A stretch of 64,000 nucleotides of DNA from Eledone cirrhosa (lineage: Eukaryota), in assembly GCA_964016885.1 (NCBI GenBank), contig OZ024742.1, positions 33,790,001 through 33,854,000 of the forward strand. The letters run 5' to 3'. Below are positions 43,551-58,790 of this stretch, piece by piece. Under the pieces are notes generated by a model, which was not told where the DNA came from, made no database searches, and saw only the letters and a list, made by a program, of their open reading frames with translations. Position numbers and translations under genes: made by a program. The first letter of the stretch is position 1. Each line of letters starts with the position of its first letter.

Positions 43551-44597
43551 TAATTGTTTTTATTTATAATGATACATAAACGATAATATGTTTATTCGGC
43601 GGGTTTGTCAACTCTCCCTGATGTCTTCTCTTGTGAAAATGGGTATTGCTTTTATTATGTAAAATCTCCCCATTTTCCCCCATTTCTCCCTGTTTTGGGG
43701 CACGTTTGTTTATGATACTCCTCTGTTGAGTTTTTAGAGGTTGGAAGGTCTGATTCAGTGAATTCCAATGCAAACTTGGATAAGCTGTTCACTCGAACAG
43801 TAGTTCATAAAATTATTTTATCACGCAACCCTTAAACAATTTTCCAAAAAAACTCGGAGCCGTTAACTATATTCACAGACGAGAAAACCATATATTCTCG
43901 CCTGTTTTCACAGTCCAGCAGTTGCAAGAGTGGAAAGGATCGTGCTGATGAGAACCAGTTTAGTTCGAAATGTGCATCCATAATTGTACGGAATACCTCG
44001 GCCTCGGGATGGTGTTTACATTTTGTGCTTATAAAAAAATTCGTCGTAGATTACCAGGTTTTTTTTCCGTGAGAAGAAAATCAATACTTTATCGCGAAAT
44101 AAATACTTTTATTTATATTTTGTTATTGTGTATGCAAAACTATCTGAACACGAATATATAATTATATATATATATATATATTAAAATAAAAAATTAAAGT
44201 TTAAGCAAAGAATCGCTGCTTTCACCCTTAACGGGATTTTCTGAAACTAAAAAAATCAATCTGTGAACGCAGAAGTAAGTGTTTAAAAAAACGTTACGCA
44301 CTATATATATATATATATATATACACACTATATATATATACATATACACACACACACAGATAGCGTCATAATGTCGTAATGCAGACAGCCAGACATACAG
44401 ACAGATATTATAATGGCGCAACGTTATATCTATGTATCTATCTAAAAAGAAAGACTAAGAATTATAGATAGATCGCTTATTCGCCTAATACGGTCCCTAG
44501 GGCATTGAACATTTGAAATTCTTTTTGCTCAAAATACCCAGAGGACCATAAGTATTACATATGTAAAGTTTGAAAACAATCGGTAGGGTGGTTCTAA

Positions 44598-46770
44598 GGT
44601 AACTGAACTCGCTCCTTTCGAAGCGGACCTTCTTGACTTAGTCGCTAACATTTCCTTTCGCAAACACTCTAACACCTTTCAAACTAAACTTAGAAATGAT
44701 ATTAAGACTTTCGTTCTTTCTGACAAAACCAATAGTATTTACGAAGTAACACTACTTACAGCCACTTGGCACATAACGCTATGACCTCTAAATATAAGAA
44801 GGCTAACCCTATGGCCTACCACGACACCAATACAAAAGCCAAAGACCTTGCTGTCGCCCTTAAGTTAGATAAGAAGCTACAATGCTTACCTAAGTGTGAG
44901 GTGTTTCTCACCCTGAAGGATCACAAGGTAGACTTTGCTTCTAATCCGGCACGTACGGAAATGGGACAAGTGAGTAAGGCTATACTTAAAAACATAGTTA
45001 AGACATTAGGACCAAGTCCAACCTGTCCCAGTGGGAGAACAGCGACTCCGTCATTAAGTGGTTTAAATACTTCAACTCCAAAAAAGCGAAGTTCACGCAA
45101 TTCGACATTGTAGATTTTTACCCGTTTATCTCAGAGACCCTGTTAAACAAAGCGTTGGACTTTGCTACCACTTACACTACCGTCCATGTTTTAGACAGGG
45201 AGATCATCGCACACTGCCGGAAAACCCTCCTCTTCAACAACGGAGTAGCCTGGGCAAAGAAGTCTACAACTTCAGACCTATTCGACGTCTCCATGGGATC
45301 GTTTGACAGTGCTGACGTATGCGACCTGGCTGACCTATTTATTTTAGACATATTACGTGTTAGATTCCCGGACTTCCACACGGGAATATACCGCGTCGAA
45401 GGCCTGACTTTATCGAGTCATAAAAGTGGTCACGACCTGGACCGGTTTCAAAAAGACTTAACTTCTACCTTTAATGAGTTAGGACTTAGGATAACAGTAG
45501 CTGCCAAACTTTCTAGCGTAGATTTCTTAGACATTAATTTAAACCTTCGCTCACATACCTTCAGACACTTCCATAAGCTAAACGAAAAACTTAATTACAT
45601 ACAGAAGGACTCATGCCACCCTCCCACTGTTTTTAGAAACTTCGTAAATAATATCAGTACTAGAATCTCTAACCTCTCCTCTAATAAGGCTAGCTTTGAC
45701 AGAGCGGCACCCTACTATAACACGGCGTTAGCTAACCGCGGCTTCTCGCAACCAATTACTTACTCACCCACTAACAACAACAATAAGAAAAGAAATCGTA
45801 AGAATAGACAAACTATCTGGTTCTCTCCTCCCTTCTAACTCAACGTTAAAACTAATGTAGGGACATTTTTTTAGCCCTCTTAGATAGACACTTTCCCATA
45901 AGTCACAAATACCGCTCCATCTTTAACAGACACAGAGTAAAACAAGGGTACTCCTGCGCTAAGGCCCACATCACCAACAGTCCTAAGAACGGCACCCCAC
46001 CAGGATGCTCTTGCCGAAAGCCTGAAGCTTGTCTCCTTCAACAGCAATGCAACACACACGCTGTAGTTTATGAAGCTGTGATCACTTCCAACCGACCAAA
46101 TCAACCACAGTAGGTCAAATCCTATGTGGGTATGGCGGAGGGCCGATTTAAGGAACACTTCCTGAACCATCAGTCGACTTTTAGGTACCCAGACAAACGT
46201 CATCTCGAAACTTGCGAGCCACGCATAGTCCCTCAAGGACTCAAGTATAGACTACGCCATTCAATGGAAAGCCATCACTAAGTCCAAGCCATACGCAAGG
46301 GGCAATCCGTCTTGTGGACTGCGTATTGAAGAAAGGATAAATATTCTAAGGAGATTACGCAATAGCGATTGTCTAAATTCAAGGTTTGAAATCTTCTCAC
46401 GTTGTCCACATGTCTGGAAACACCTCTTGCATAACTACAAAGCTCCGGATTGAATACAAACAACATCCTAATTTTCTAATCAGCTCGAACATCTTTTCCG
46501 GACTTTCGCAGTTATCTCCCTTACACCTTTCGCCCGTGACATTGTATCGCTTGGGTGAAGCGATCGTTTCTGCGCATGCGCGTTCATACGGTTGTTCTTC
46601 CCGTTCCGTATAACCTTGACCAGTCCGAACTGAAGATCCGCTAAGGTGAAACAATTATTCTCGGTATGGTGAACTAACTGTTGTGTTACTACTTCTACCA
46701 AACTCGTCCCATGGACTGATGGACTGAGTGCTCTACCACTACCGATATTACCTTCTAGTGTTCTACCTCT
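44598..46770 (+). mobile_element. Penelope-like element (RT + GIY-YIG) with hammerhead-bearing 3' terminus
   Basis: FDVSMGSFDSADVCDL, IYRVEGL (YRDD site), VDFLDINL, SCHPP, IWFSPPF, and YVGMAEGRFK; frameshifted. Confidence 0.92.
46625..46664 (+). ncRNA. Minimal hammerhead (family G) at Penelope 3' end
   Basis: ccgaa CUGAAGA ucc-gcuaa-ggu GAAA caauua UU cucgg; two mismatches relative to the 62313-62352 copy. Confidence 0.7.
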
Positions 46771-46783
46771 TTCTATATATATA

Positions 46784-46910
46784 ATATAGAAATGTCTTCT
46801 ACAGGACTAGAACTGTTTCATTCGGTGGAAATCATCAGGAAAGCCTGGAGTTTCCTAACGATTTCAGCCGAATGAAACAGTTCTAGTCCTGTAGAAGACA
46901 TTTCTATATT
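46784..46910. mobile_element. Short fold-back (family H) with hammerhead-like core on the minus strand
   Basis: Palindrome; CUGAUGA uuuc-cacc-gaau GAAAC aguucua GUC; stem I not clear. Confidence 0.55.
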
Positions 46911-46981
46911 AAATTTTGTATATACTCTACTAATTTATTCAGTACCTTATTTACTGTGGTTATCCCCGATTGAACCCGAGA

Positions 46982-47074
<93 letters not shown>

Positions 47075-47929
47075 TGTATTGCAATATTAACACATTCACA
47101 CACGTATACAACACCCACCGACCGATGTTCAGTCGGAACATTAACAACATAAATCTCATTAACAAAGGAAGAATCTTACAATGTTATCAGCCCTCTTTCC
47201 GTTCTTCTCATCTGTCTATGTTATATAATAAAACATGCATAGCCACTGGGATACTGTGGATCAGACAAGGGAAATAGGTTTGTAAAATTGGTCACGTTTA
47301 TCGAGAGGTTGCAAAGCTGGGGGTTAATGTAGAATGAAAATATGTAAGATATGAGAGAGAATTCCGTATGATAATTGTCACTAGTTTAAAGAACTACACT
47401 AATTGTTTGTTTCAAGGCGATATGTAAGTATGTATGTATGTATGTATGTATGTATGTATGTATGTATGCATGTAAGTATGTATGTATGTATGTATGTATG
47501 TATGTATGTATGTATGTATGTATGTATGTATGTATGTATGTATGTATGTATGGACGTATGTACGTATGTATATATGTATATATGTATATATGCATGTATG
47601 TATGTATGTATGTATGTATGTATGTATGTATGTATGTATGTATGTATGTATGTATCTATGTATGTATATATGTGTGAGATAGAGAAATAAAATTACGGTA
47701 AGGAAGTTTTAAAACTAAAAGCATAGATAACCTAATCAAATGGAAAATAGCAGCCAAATCTCACAGAAATCATACCCTGCCATCTTAAAAACAAGAAAGC
47801 TACTCTAATGAATGTAGTCCGAAATACATTCTGTCTGAAATAATTTTGATAATAAATGAGCTGGATCATGGATGAACTTGAGTTAAACAACAAGAAAATG
47901 CAGTGAAGAATATAAAACAAAGGACTTAC

Positions 47930-48080
47930 CGTTAATTTTGAGCCTTTCTTTAGACCGAACGCATAACCATCTTCACCGAAGCTATCTCCAGCAAAGGAAA
48001 CTGCACAATTATCATTAAACCGAGAAATGGCAAATTTTAGAAGATATGTATCGTGTATAAAGACATCAATTTCATTTGAT
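47930..48080 (-). CDS. NMDA-type iGluR (GluN3-like) coding exon, S2
   Basis: (K)SNEIDVFIHDTYLLKFAISRFNDNCAVSFAGDSFGEDGYAFGLKKGSKLT. ttgcag acceptor, gtaagt donor; 151 nt, phase 2 to 0, joins both neighbouring exons in frame. Has FIxD, the conserved Cys and GYxxGLxKGS motifs. Confidence 0.92.
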
Positions 48081-48158
48081 CTGCAAAGACAAAAATTTTC
48101 GGGTATTACAATTAAATATATACATATAGACATATCTATAGCTATATCCACATACACA

Positions 48159-48207
<49 letters not shown>

Positions 48208-48314
48208 ATATCAAAAGATGGTTAAAGGAGTTCCATGTATTTTATTATGCGCATTTCACTACATTTGTACTACAATAAAACTCACCTCCTACATTATATG
48301 TATATGTATATATG

Positions 48315-48346
<32 letters not shown>

Positions 48347-48689
48347 GAAAAATATGGGTGAGAAGAAAACTGCTGGTTGCACATGGATAACATGTTATAA
48401 AATGAGTCCCTCATCAGTGATTTACCAAACGATCATGGGTATTTCATCGCATTAAAAATCATATACCTCACATTGGAGCGATAATAACTAAAATAAGTTA
48501 TTAGGACAATAGAAACGCGTAAAGCGAGTGAGACAAGTAAACAGCACAGGGGGAAGCTAACCGAAGATGGAAATAAAAACAAGCAACATAGTTATTCTTT
48601 CAGCATAAGCTGTGTGAAAATATGCGCGAGTCAGAAAAAGACCTTTCGCTAGTGAATTCGGTGTTAGAAAGAAAGAGAACCGTATATAT

Positions 48690-51290
48690 ATATATATATA
48701 TGTATATATATAGGAAATATGGATAGGAAAATATATATAGGAAATATGCTTAGGAAAATGCCAGAGATGACCGGAGGTTTATATCGTGACGATATGTTGC
48801 TTTTAACTGAAACCCATAGCAATAGTGATATTAATAGGAAAAGAAAATTCATAATACAATTTTTCAACAACTGCAATCTTAAGTTAGAAATAGAGAATAA
48901 CTACAAAATCGTTAACTTCTTAGATGTAACTTTAAACCTTAGCACAGGTCTTAACGAAAATTTAAATTATGTAAGTTTCAATTCTAATCATCCTAGAAGT
49001 ATTAAAAACACTATTGTCAATACGCTAATAAAACTAATTTTGATGATAAGGCTGAATATTATAATAAAACTTTACATAGAGCAAGATACTCAAATAGAAT
49101 TAAATACATAGATAACAATAACATGATATATCATCCTAGTATTAACTTAGACACTAAACCAAACAAAAAAACTAGAACTAGAAATATTATTTGGTGCTCT
49201 CCCCCATTCTCATTAAGCGTTAAAACACCTTTAGCAAAGCTATTCTTTAAAGCACTAGATAAATGTTTTCCTAAAACCCACAGATACCACTCTATTTTTA
49301 ACAGACACACTATAAAACTATCATACTCTACTACTATGAACATAGCACAAAATATAAATAAAATTAATAATAGAAACTTAAATTTAAACCCTAACCAAAC
49401 TAACCAAAATAGCAATAATAATAGTTCTAATAACAATACTCAGAATAATAGTACCGTTCTGAACAACAATAACTCTAGTAATTGTAACTGTAGAATCAAA
49501 TAAAACTGCCCTTTACAAAATAATTGTTTAGATAAAAACACAGTTAAAATTAGCGACAAAATATTTAACAATGTTGGTGCCACTTCAACAACATTTAAAG
49601 AACGCTGGAATAACCATAATAATACACTTAGGAGATCTGATAAAAAATCTTCTACTTCCTTATCACATCTAATCTGGGATTTAAAAGACAATAATATAGA
49701 ATATTCAATATCTTGGAGAACGATTTCGAAAGCACCTGCATACCGAAATACGGCTTTATCAAGATTCTGTAGATTGTGTATCGAAGAAATTTTTTATATA
49801 ATTAACTGTCAAAACTCTATTAATCTCAGAACAGATATATTTTCTTCTTGCAAACATCGCCAAAATTCCACGTTCAGAACTATTTTTAATTTATAATATC
49901 CCTATAAACCTTCAAAATGATCCTATCTTTTAAAAAATTTAAATGTAAATGTTTTCAATATTTTTAATATATTTTTATATTTTTAATATTTTTAATATTT
50001 TTAATATCTTTAATATTTCAAAATTTTTTTAAATACTTCTAATATTTATAATATTTTTAATATATATATTTAATATTTTAATTTCCTACATTATGGTGGA
50101 TTGGCAGTATCGGTAGAGGGTCGGACGATATGCTTTGACGCATAGAGTTACGGATCTTTCCATTCTGAGTTCAAATCCCGCCGAGGTCAACTTTGCCTTT
50201 CATCCTTACGGGGTCGATAAAATAAAGTACCAGTAATGTACTGGATAATTGCTGGCCTTGTGCCAAAAGTAGAAACAATTATTTTAATTATGACATTATT
50301 TTTAATTCCGACATTATTTTTGTAAGGACACACCTATAAATATATTTTTAGGTGTAGATTGATAATCTTTAAATGACATTCTAAAATTTATCCTCTTTAT
50401 GATAGTTCTTCGAAAAACACATTACATTTTTCCTCTCTCTTTTTGTTATTCAAACATTCACACATCTTTCGACTAAAATAATGGATCTCACACAAAATAA
50501 TATATAATTTTTCTCTAATTTAATGGATAACAAACAAAATTGAAGTTATCTTTCCTTTCTCAACCATGCAAACATAAACATTTTTCTCAATCGTGCATAC
50601 ATAAGCATTTTACGTTTGATTATCTGTATAGCTTCGCTAAATTAACAATATTCTGAAAACATTCTCAATGTTGAACAACATTTTTGAATCCACAAATTGT
50701 TCTACTCTCACAACTTGAACCACTTATTTTTAAAGTAAAATACAAATTCAACCACCTTCGTAACTCATATTTGATATGTAAACAACTAATACATACGCTA
50801 TTTATTAATATATATATAGATATTTATATACATATAACCTATCGTAATGTAATAAGATAAAAATACTTACAACCATAATTCTTCATATAATCTAATTGAT
50901 TATATATACAATATTATAAGTCATAATATAGGTAAATAAATCTTTCCCCGAGAATTAACGTAAATGCCCTTCCTCCTTTCTCTTCTTTCCTACGCATACA
51001 ATAACATGATAATTATTTAAATTTTCCATAGCGTCTAAAATAACGTTTTTCAGCCTTTTTACATAAACCTCATTTACATACTCATCTTAATAATTTGAAA
51101 TATCTGACTTTTCTCTTCCCTTCACTTTCCAGGGATAACTTGAACCGTTAAGGTATATTATCCTTGGTTATGTCAAAATTTATAAAACACACTTCGTATT
51201 TTATCTGATGATAGCGTACCAAAATGTTTGGTACCCTTGAAATATATATAATAGAATAAATATGGTTTTATAAATATAGTTTCCATTTCC
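48690..51290 (+). mobile_element. Penelope-like element (RT + GIY-YIG) ending in a family E hammerhead terminus
   Basis: GLYRDD, VNFLDVTL, SNHP, IIWCSPPFS, CNCR and VGATSTTFKERWNNH; hammerhead at 51197-51258; SINE inserted at 50094-50280. Confidence 0.85.
51197..51258 (+). ncRNA. Hammerhead ribozyme (family E)
   Basis: uauuuuau CUGAUGA uagc-guaccaaa-aug-uuugguac-ccuu GAAA uauaua UA auagaaua. Confidence 0.75.
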
Positions 51291-51308
51291 ATTTATTTAA
51301 TATCATTG

Positions 51309-51389
<81 letters not shown>

Positions 51390-51392
<3 letters not shown>

Positions 51393-51904
51393 TATGTATA
51401 CGTACATACATATATGTATACAGACGTACAGTAGTATGTATATATATATACATACATGCACACACATATATATGTCCGTATGGATTCACCGAACATTTAT
51501 TATAATGCTTGGTAAACAAACATCCCGAATTAAGCCGTACAGTGTCTAGCAACCATCGTTGCTCATTTGTTCAACCCTGACAAAGTAACGCTGTACTAGT
51601 TTCAAGCTTATTAGCTATCGTCAGCAACGTATACTTTCCTGCCAGATGATTGAACGTCTGAAAGTATATACTTTCCTTATGCATATACATACTACTGTAC
51701 GTCTGTATACATATATGTATGTACGTATACATACTTATATTTAAGTAACAGCCGTACTAAGAGTGAGAAATGAAATTTCGTTTCATTTTTTCCGTTTATC
51801 GTTTTCGGTACCCCGGCCGATTAACTCACTCGATATGCAAATTAGGCTGCTCAGCCGTTAATATGCATAAGGAAAGTATATACTTTCAGACGTTCAATTT
51901 TTCC

Positions 51905-51910
<6 letters not shown>
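51390..51910. mobile_element. Family A fold-back copy with hammerhead at 51588-51630 (-)
   Basis: acguug CUGACGA uagcuaauaagcuu GAAA cuag UA cagcgu; inversion at ~51685. Confidence 0.78.
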
Positions 51911-51954
<44 letters not shown>

Positions 51955-52046
51955 ATATTAAATAAATGGAAACTATATTTATATAACTAACTCATCCCAT
52001 GGACTGAGTGCTCTACCACTACGGATATTACCTTCCAGTGTTCTAA

Positions 52047-53190
<1,144 letters not shown>

Positions 53191-54182
53191 TATATATATA
53201 TATTCCATTAATTTGTAGTTGTTATATATATATATATATATATATGATTATGTATGTATGTGTTCAAAACTGATCTTTTGTGAGTCACTACTCGGTGCTT
53301 TGACTCATGAAGAGTCGAATTTGAATAAAAATATTATCCAATCTTTCTACGGCATTGAGTGCCTTTTCACTGTTATGTATTTTTCTTATGTATTTTTCTT
53401 TCTAATAAGAAACGTACATATGCAGTTTTTAGAGTATGGTGCATTGCCACTCCATTCGGTCTGCTGACTCGTTTCGAAGTGTCATATGCAGACTGATTCA
53501 ATTACATCTCTCAGTACTGTATTATAAGTATCTGTAATTTTGTCTGAATCACTGTATATATCTACTGCATGAGGGTAAAATTTAATTTCCTAGTTTGCTA
53601 TCTTTAATAATATTTTCACTGTTATTTTTCATTTTAAATGCTCTCTCGCTCACTAATTCAATATCTACCTCTCCCGTTCTCTTGATTCTTTGAAGATATA
53701 TATTAGCGTTCATTTACAAAAAATGCGATATTTGTTATTGTTTCCCAGAATTTGGTTCGATTTTTTTTTCAGTTATTCACTTCGAATTATTATTTTCATG
53801 TATTGTTTGAAGATATTTTTTTCTTTATATGTATTCATAATTAGCTCAGTTTTCTATACATATATATATCTGGGGGACAGCTGCAGTGGAAAAGTACATG
53901 AAATCTCAAAAGAATTTTGCTAGATATTGATTCCTTCGAGAAAACTACCAAAACATACTTTGCCAAACATTAATTCCTCCCAAAAAACACAAAGACAAAC
54001 ATATTATTTCTTACTTACATATACTAGTTCTAGCCTAAAAAGAACCATAAACGATATCATATTTGCGTCATCTTAAATATAGAGCTTGTGAAGGTCTAAA
54101 TGGTTAAGTTATAGAGCTCACGTTTACGAGTTCGATTCCCAGTTGTGCATTGAGGCCATGAGCATATATACTGTGATACTTT

Positions 54183-54254
<72 letters not shown>

Positions 54255-54264
54255 TAATCACAAA

Positions 54265-55009
54265 AAAAATTATCCCTCAACATGGCTGAATACAATAAAT
54301 GTAAACTGAGTTTTTCGAACATTAATGATAATAATATGTAAACAGCCTCATTTTTAAAGCCATGTCATCGGCCTGATTTGCATATTAGCAGACTGGCTGA
54401 ACAGTCAGATCTGCATATTAGCAGATCCACTGATCAGCCAGATTTGCATATTAGCAAACAGGCTAGTCAGTCTCCTGTATACGAGCTATTAATGGTCGGC
54501 TTTGCCATATTCAAATAAGTAAATAAATAAAAAATTATCGCTCTACATGGCTGAATACAATAAATGTAATCTGAGCTTTTCGAATATTAATAATAATATT
54601 CGATTCTTGTTCTTGTGTTGGCATGGAAACATAACTGAAGACACTAATGTCTCTGGGTATTACCCTTTATCAGTGCAGTTCACTGTCTGCTAATATGCAA
54701 ATCGGGCTGATCAGTGGATCTAATAATATGCAGATCTCACTGATCAGCCAGTCTGCTAATATGCAAATCAGACCGATCAGTCACTGTATATTTTAGAAAA
54801 TATCATATATTTTCACTAGCTCTGACAGTTGGCAGGTGAACAGTGAACTGCAATACACAGAAACATTAGTGTCTGCAGTTCTGTTTACACGCCAACAGAA
54901 GAGCAAGAATGAGGGACTCATTCTACTGACATGGCATTAAAAAAGAGGGTATTTGCATAATTGCAAACGAATCGATTATTATTATTAATATTCGAAAAAC
55001 TCAGATTAC

Positions 55010-55013
<4 letters not shown>
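54265..55013. repeat. Tandem-plus-inverted element with 33-bp octamer sub-repeats
   Basis: Direct repeat 54265/54530; inverted pairs 54368-54460 with 54683-54776 and 54606-54685 with 54840-54908. Confidence 0.75.
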
Positions 55014-55070
<57 letters not shown>

Positions 55071-55073
55071 TGC

Positions 55074-55112
<39 letters not shown>

Positions 55113-55135
55113 CACTGTATATATATATAGATATA

Positions 55136-55193
<58 letters not shown>

Positions 55194-55227
55194 TGTATAT
55201 ATATATATATATATATATATAGATATA

Positions 55228-55289
<62 letters not shown>

Positions 55290-55587
55290 ATATAAAATCT
55301 CTGCCTGTCTGACTCCCTAAAACCCGAGAACACCCAACTGATTGTTTTCAACCTTTACACAAGTAATACTTATGGTCCCGTGAGTTTTTTGAGCAAAAAC
55401 AATTTCAAATTTTCAATGTCCTAGGGACCGCATTAGCCGAATTAGCGATCTCTCTCTATAATTCTTAGTCTTTCTTTTTAGATAGATACATAGATATAAC
55501 GTTGCGCCCTTATCATATCTGTCTGTATGTCTGGCTGTCTGCATTAGGACATTATGACGCTATATGTGTGTGTGTATATATGTATTT

Positions 55588-56290
55588 CTAGGGCGGGTAA
55601 AATTCCCGAGATCCATGGACGAGTTCTCTCCAACGGTCTCTGTCCCTCATTATAGCTGCCATGTCCTGCGTCTCCAACAGACCAGTGTCTGTCCTTAGGG
55701 CATCAACATATGTTAACCTTGGTTTACCTCTTCCAGTGTGTCCATGCAGGGACTCCCACAAGAGCACTGAGTGCAATGTCAACTCTGGATGTCGGTGAGC
55801 ATGTCCAGCTAACCTCAGTCTCCTCTGTGTCAAGTTTGAGCTGACTTTTGGGAGACTCCCATACAACTCTGAGTTTTTCATCCTCAGTGTATACTGATTA
55901 ATGTTCAGAGCCATCCTCAGCATTCTCGTGTAGCACCCATCCACCATCTGAGTGAGTTTGTTGGTCAGTGTCCAAGTCTCAGACCCATACAGCAGCACAG
56001 ACTCTACTACAGCAATGAAGAGGCGGATTTTCAGGTCTTTACGAAGGTCCGACTGACACACCGACCTCAACCTGTGGCACGCCGCCCAGGCTTTGCTCTT
56101 CCTCTCAACCACAGCATCTTCCGTATTCCCAATGTTTGCTCCCAAATACAGGAAGGATCTCACTGACGTCACTTGTGGCAAAGACCCTCAACAGGATGAT
56201 TCTTAACAGGATCCAGCCTGAGATGGAGAAGAAGCTCAGGGACAACCAGAACGGCTTCAGAGAGAGAAGATCAACCACAAGTGCCTTCCT
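55588..56290 (-). mobile_element. RTE-like LINE 3' end with 5' inversion
   Basis: 55588-56155 (-) matches 2368-2925; 56156-56280 (+) matches 1655-1780. Confidence 0.9.
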
Positions 56291-56726
56291 GCGGTCATGG
56301 TTTTCATTGATTAAGTTAGTCACAAACAGCAAACAGCAGAGGACGCGTACCGTTCCTCTGCGACAGATACCCCCCCCCCCCCCCGAAAAACCCTCCAGTT
56401 GATGGATGCAAATCCGAAATATAGGGACAATTAAATCTCTCCCAAGGTAACTATATCTCGTGTTATTATTTTTATTTTTTACGCTCTTTCCTACGTTCTT
56501 CTACACACTATACATCTCATTCTACATTCCTTTAGATCTCTCTCTCTTCACCACCGGACCCTGTTACCCGGAGAATTACCCATCTGCATTGTTGAGGCTT
56601 CCAAAACGACCAAAAGAAAATAAATCTTATTATTCCACAATGCTTCAAGCAAACTTCAATACTCTCTTATATATATATATATATATATATTTAAAAGAAT
56701 AGAGGTGTAACACACAAGTTATGATA

Positions 56727-57368
56727 TATTGGAAAACGGAAAAGTAAATGCTGACAAATCGTTCACAGTGAAAAATAGTTTAATTAGGAATAAGTGAGAA
56801 TTAGTAATAGTATTGGTTAGTATTCAGTTTTGGTTTTAAGTTTTACCGGTTGCGCATTTCTAATGCTTTTCAAAAATAATTTTGAGATAGAGCGTCCGTG
56901 ATCTTTGCTCTAATCTGATTAGTTTTGGAAACCCTAACTGTTTTTATGTTAAAAAAGTGGCTCCAGCGGTATTAAAATAAGTTTTGCGCCAATTCGTATT
57001 GCAAAAATTCTTGTGGTCAAAACAATTTTGGTTGGTCGGTAAAGGTCATGTGAATGTTAAAAATTGATTTTGCGCCAAATGTAGGTTTATGTCGGCTGAT
57101 TGAGAAGTCACTGAAAAATAAGTCTTTCAAAACAAATATGTGTGTGTGTGTAGTAGTAGTAAAGAGATTCGTTGTTGTGATAATGGTCAGCAGGGATGTG
57201 TGTGCGAACCGCAGCCTGTTGCCAGTTCAAATGCCTATTAAGACAAGTGTGTGTGTGTGTAGCAGAGTAAATCGTGGTAGAGGGATGGTCAGTAGGAATG
57301 TGTCTGTAAGTGTGTGGGGGATATTTTAACATGTTAAAGATATTTTTCAGCTCTTGTCTTATACGGAG

Positions 57369-57431
<63 letters not shown>

Positions 57432-58045
57432 TATATGTCTCTTTGTATATTAATGTACGCGTGTGTATATGTGTGTGTATATATATGCGTGTGTGCGCAT
57501 ACACGTGTGTGTGTGTGAGAATGTGTGTGTGTGTGTGGGTGGACCAGTAAATATTTTTGTGGTACTGGTGAAATGGTGTACATTATTCGATATTTTCAGT
57601 AAAAACAATTCTCTCAATAGAACATCAAAAACCTTAATAATAAAAGGTGTGAAATGATATATAATATTGGCATAATACAAAGGTGTGTGTGAGTGTGTCC
57701 AGATTGTACGTACTGCAAGGGGAATCCATTAGGCATTCCAGGTATTCCAATACGGCAAGGCCTAATGGATTCCCCTTGCAGTACGTACAATCTGGACACA
57801 CTCACACACACCTTGGTATTATGCCAATACTATATATCATTTCACACCTTTTATTATTAAGGTTTTTGATGTTCTATTGAGAGAATCGATTTTACTGAAA
57901 ATATCGAATAATGTACACCATTTCACCAGTACCACAAAAATATTTACTGGTCCACCCACACACACACACATTCTCACACACACACACACACGTGTATGCG
58001 CACACACGTACATATATACACACACACATACACACGCGTACATTA

Positions 58046-58133
<88 letters not shown>

Positions 58134-58790
58134 CTCCGTATAAGACAAGAACTGATAAATATCTTTTAACATGTTAAAATATCTCCCACACACTTACAGA
58201 CACATTCCTACTGACCATCCCTCTACCACGAATTACTCTGCTACACACACACACACCCACACACACACTTGTCTTAATAGGCATTTGAACTGTCAACAGG
58301 CTGCGGTTCGCACACACATCCCTGCTGACCATTATCACAACAACGAACCTCTTTACTACTACTACACACACACACATACACACATATTTGTTTTGAAAGA
58401 CTTATTTTTCAGTGACTTCTCAATCAGCCGACACAAACCTACATTTGCCGCAAAATCAATTTTTAACATTCACATGACCTCTACCGACCAATCAATATTG
58501 TTTTGACTACAAGAATTTTTGCAACACAAATTGGCGCAAAACTTATTTTAATACCGCTGGAGCCACTTTTTTAACATAAAAACAGGTAGGGTTTCCAAAA
58601 CTAATCAGATTAGAGCAAAGATCACGGACGCTCTATCTCAAAATTATTTTTGAAAAGCATTAGAAATGCGCAACCGGTAAAACTTAAAACCAAAACTGAA
58701 TACTAACAAATACTATTACTAATTCTCACTTATTCCTAATTAAACTATTTTTCACTGTGGACAATTTGTCAGAATTTTCTTTTCCGTTTA

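Noticed and set aside
48400-48525. CTGATGA (-) and GAAACGCGTA (+) half motifs
   Set aside because: On opposite strands; no complete fold can be built.
54361-54790. CRISPR-like spaced repeats
   Set aside because: Eukaryotic context, only three units per side, spacers mutually similar and no cas genes.
56745-56790. CUGACAA...GAAA at the terminus of the 2-kb palindrome
   Set aside because: G8 is missing and the orientation is opposite to the other families; likely chance.
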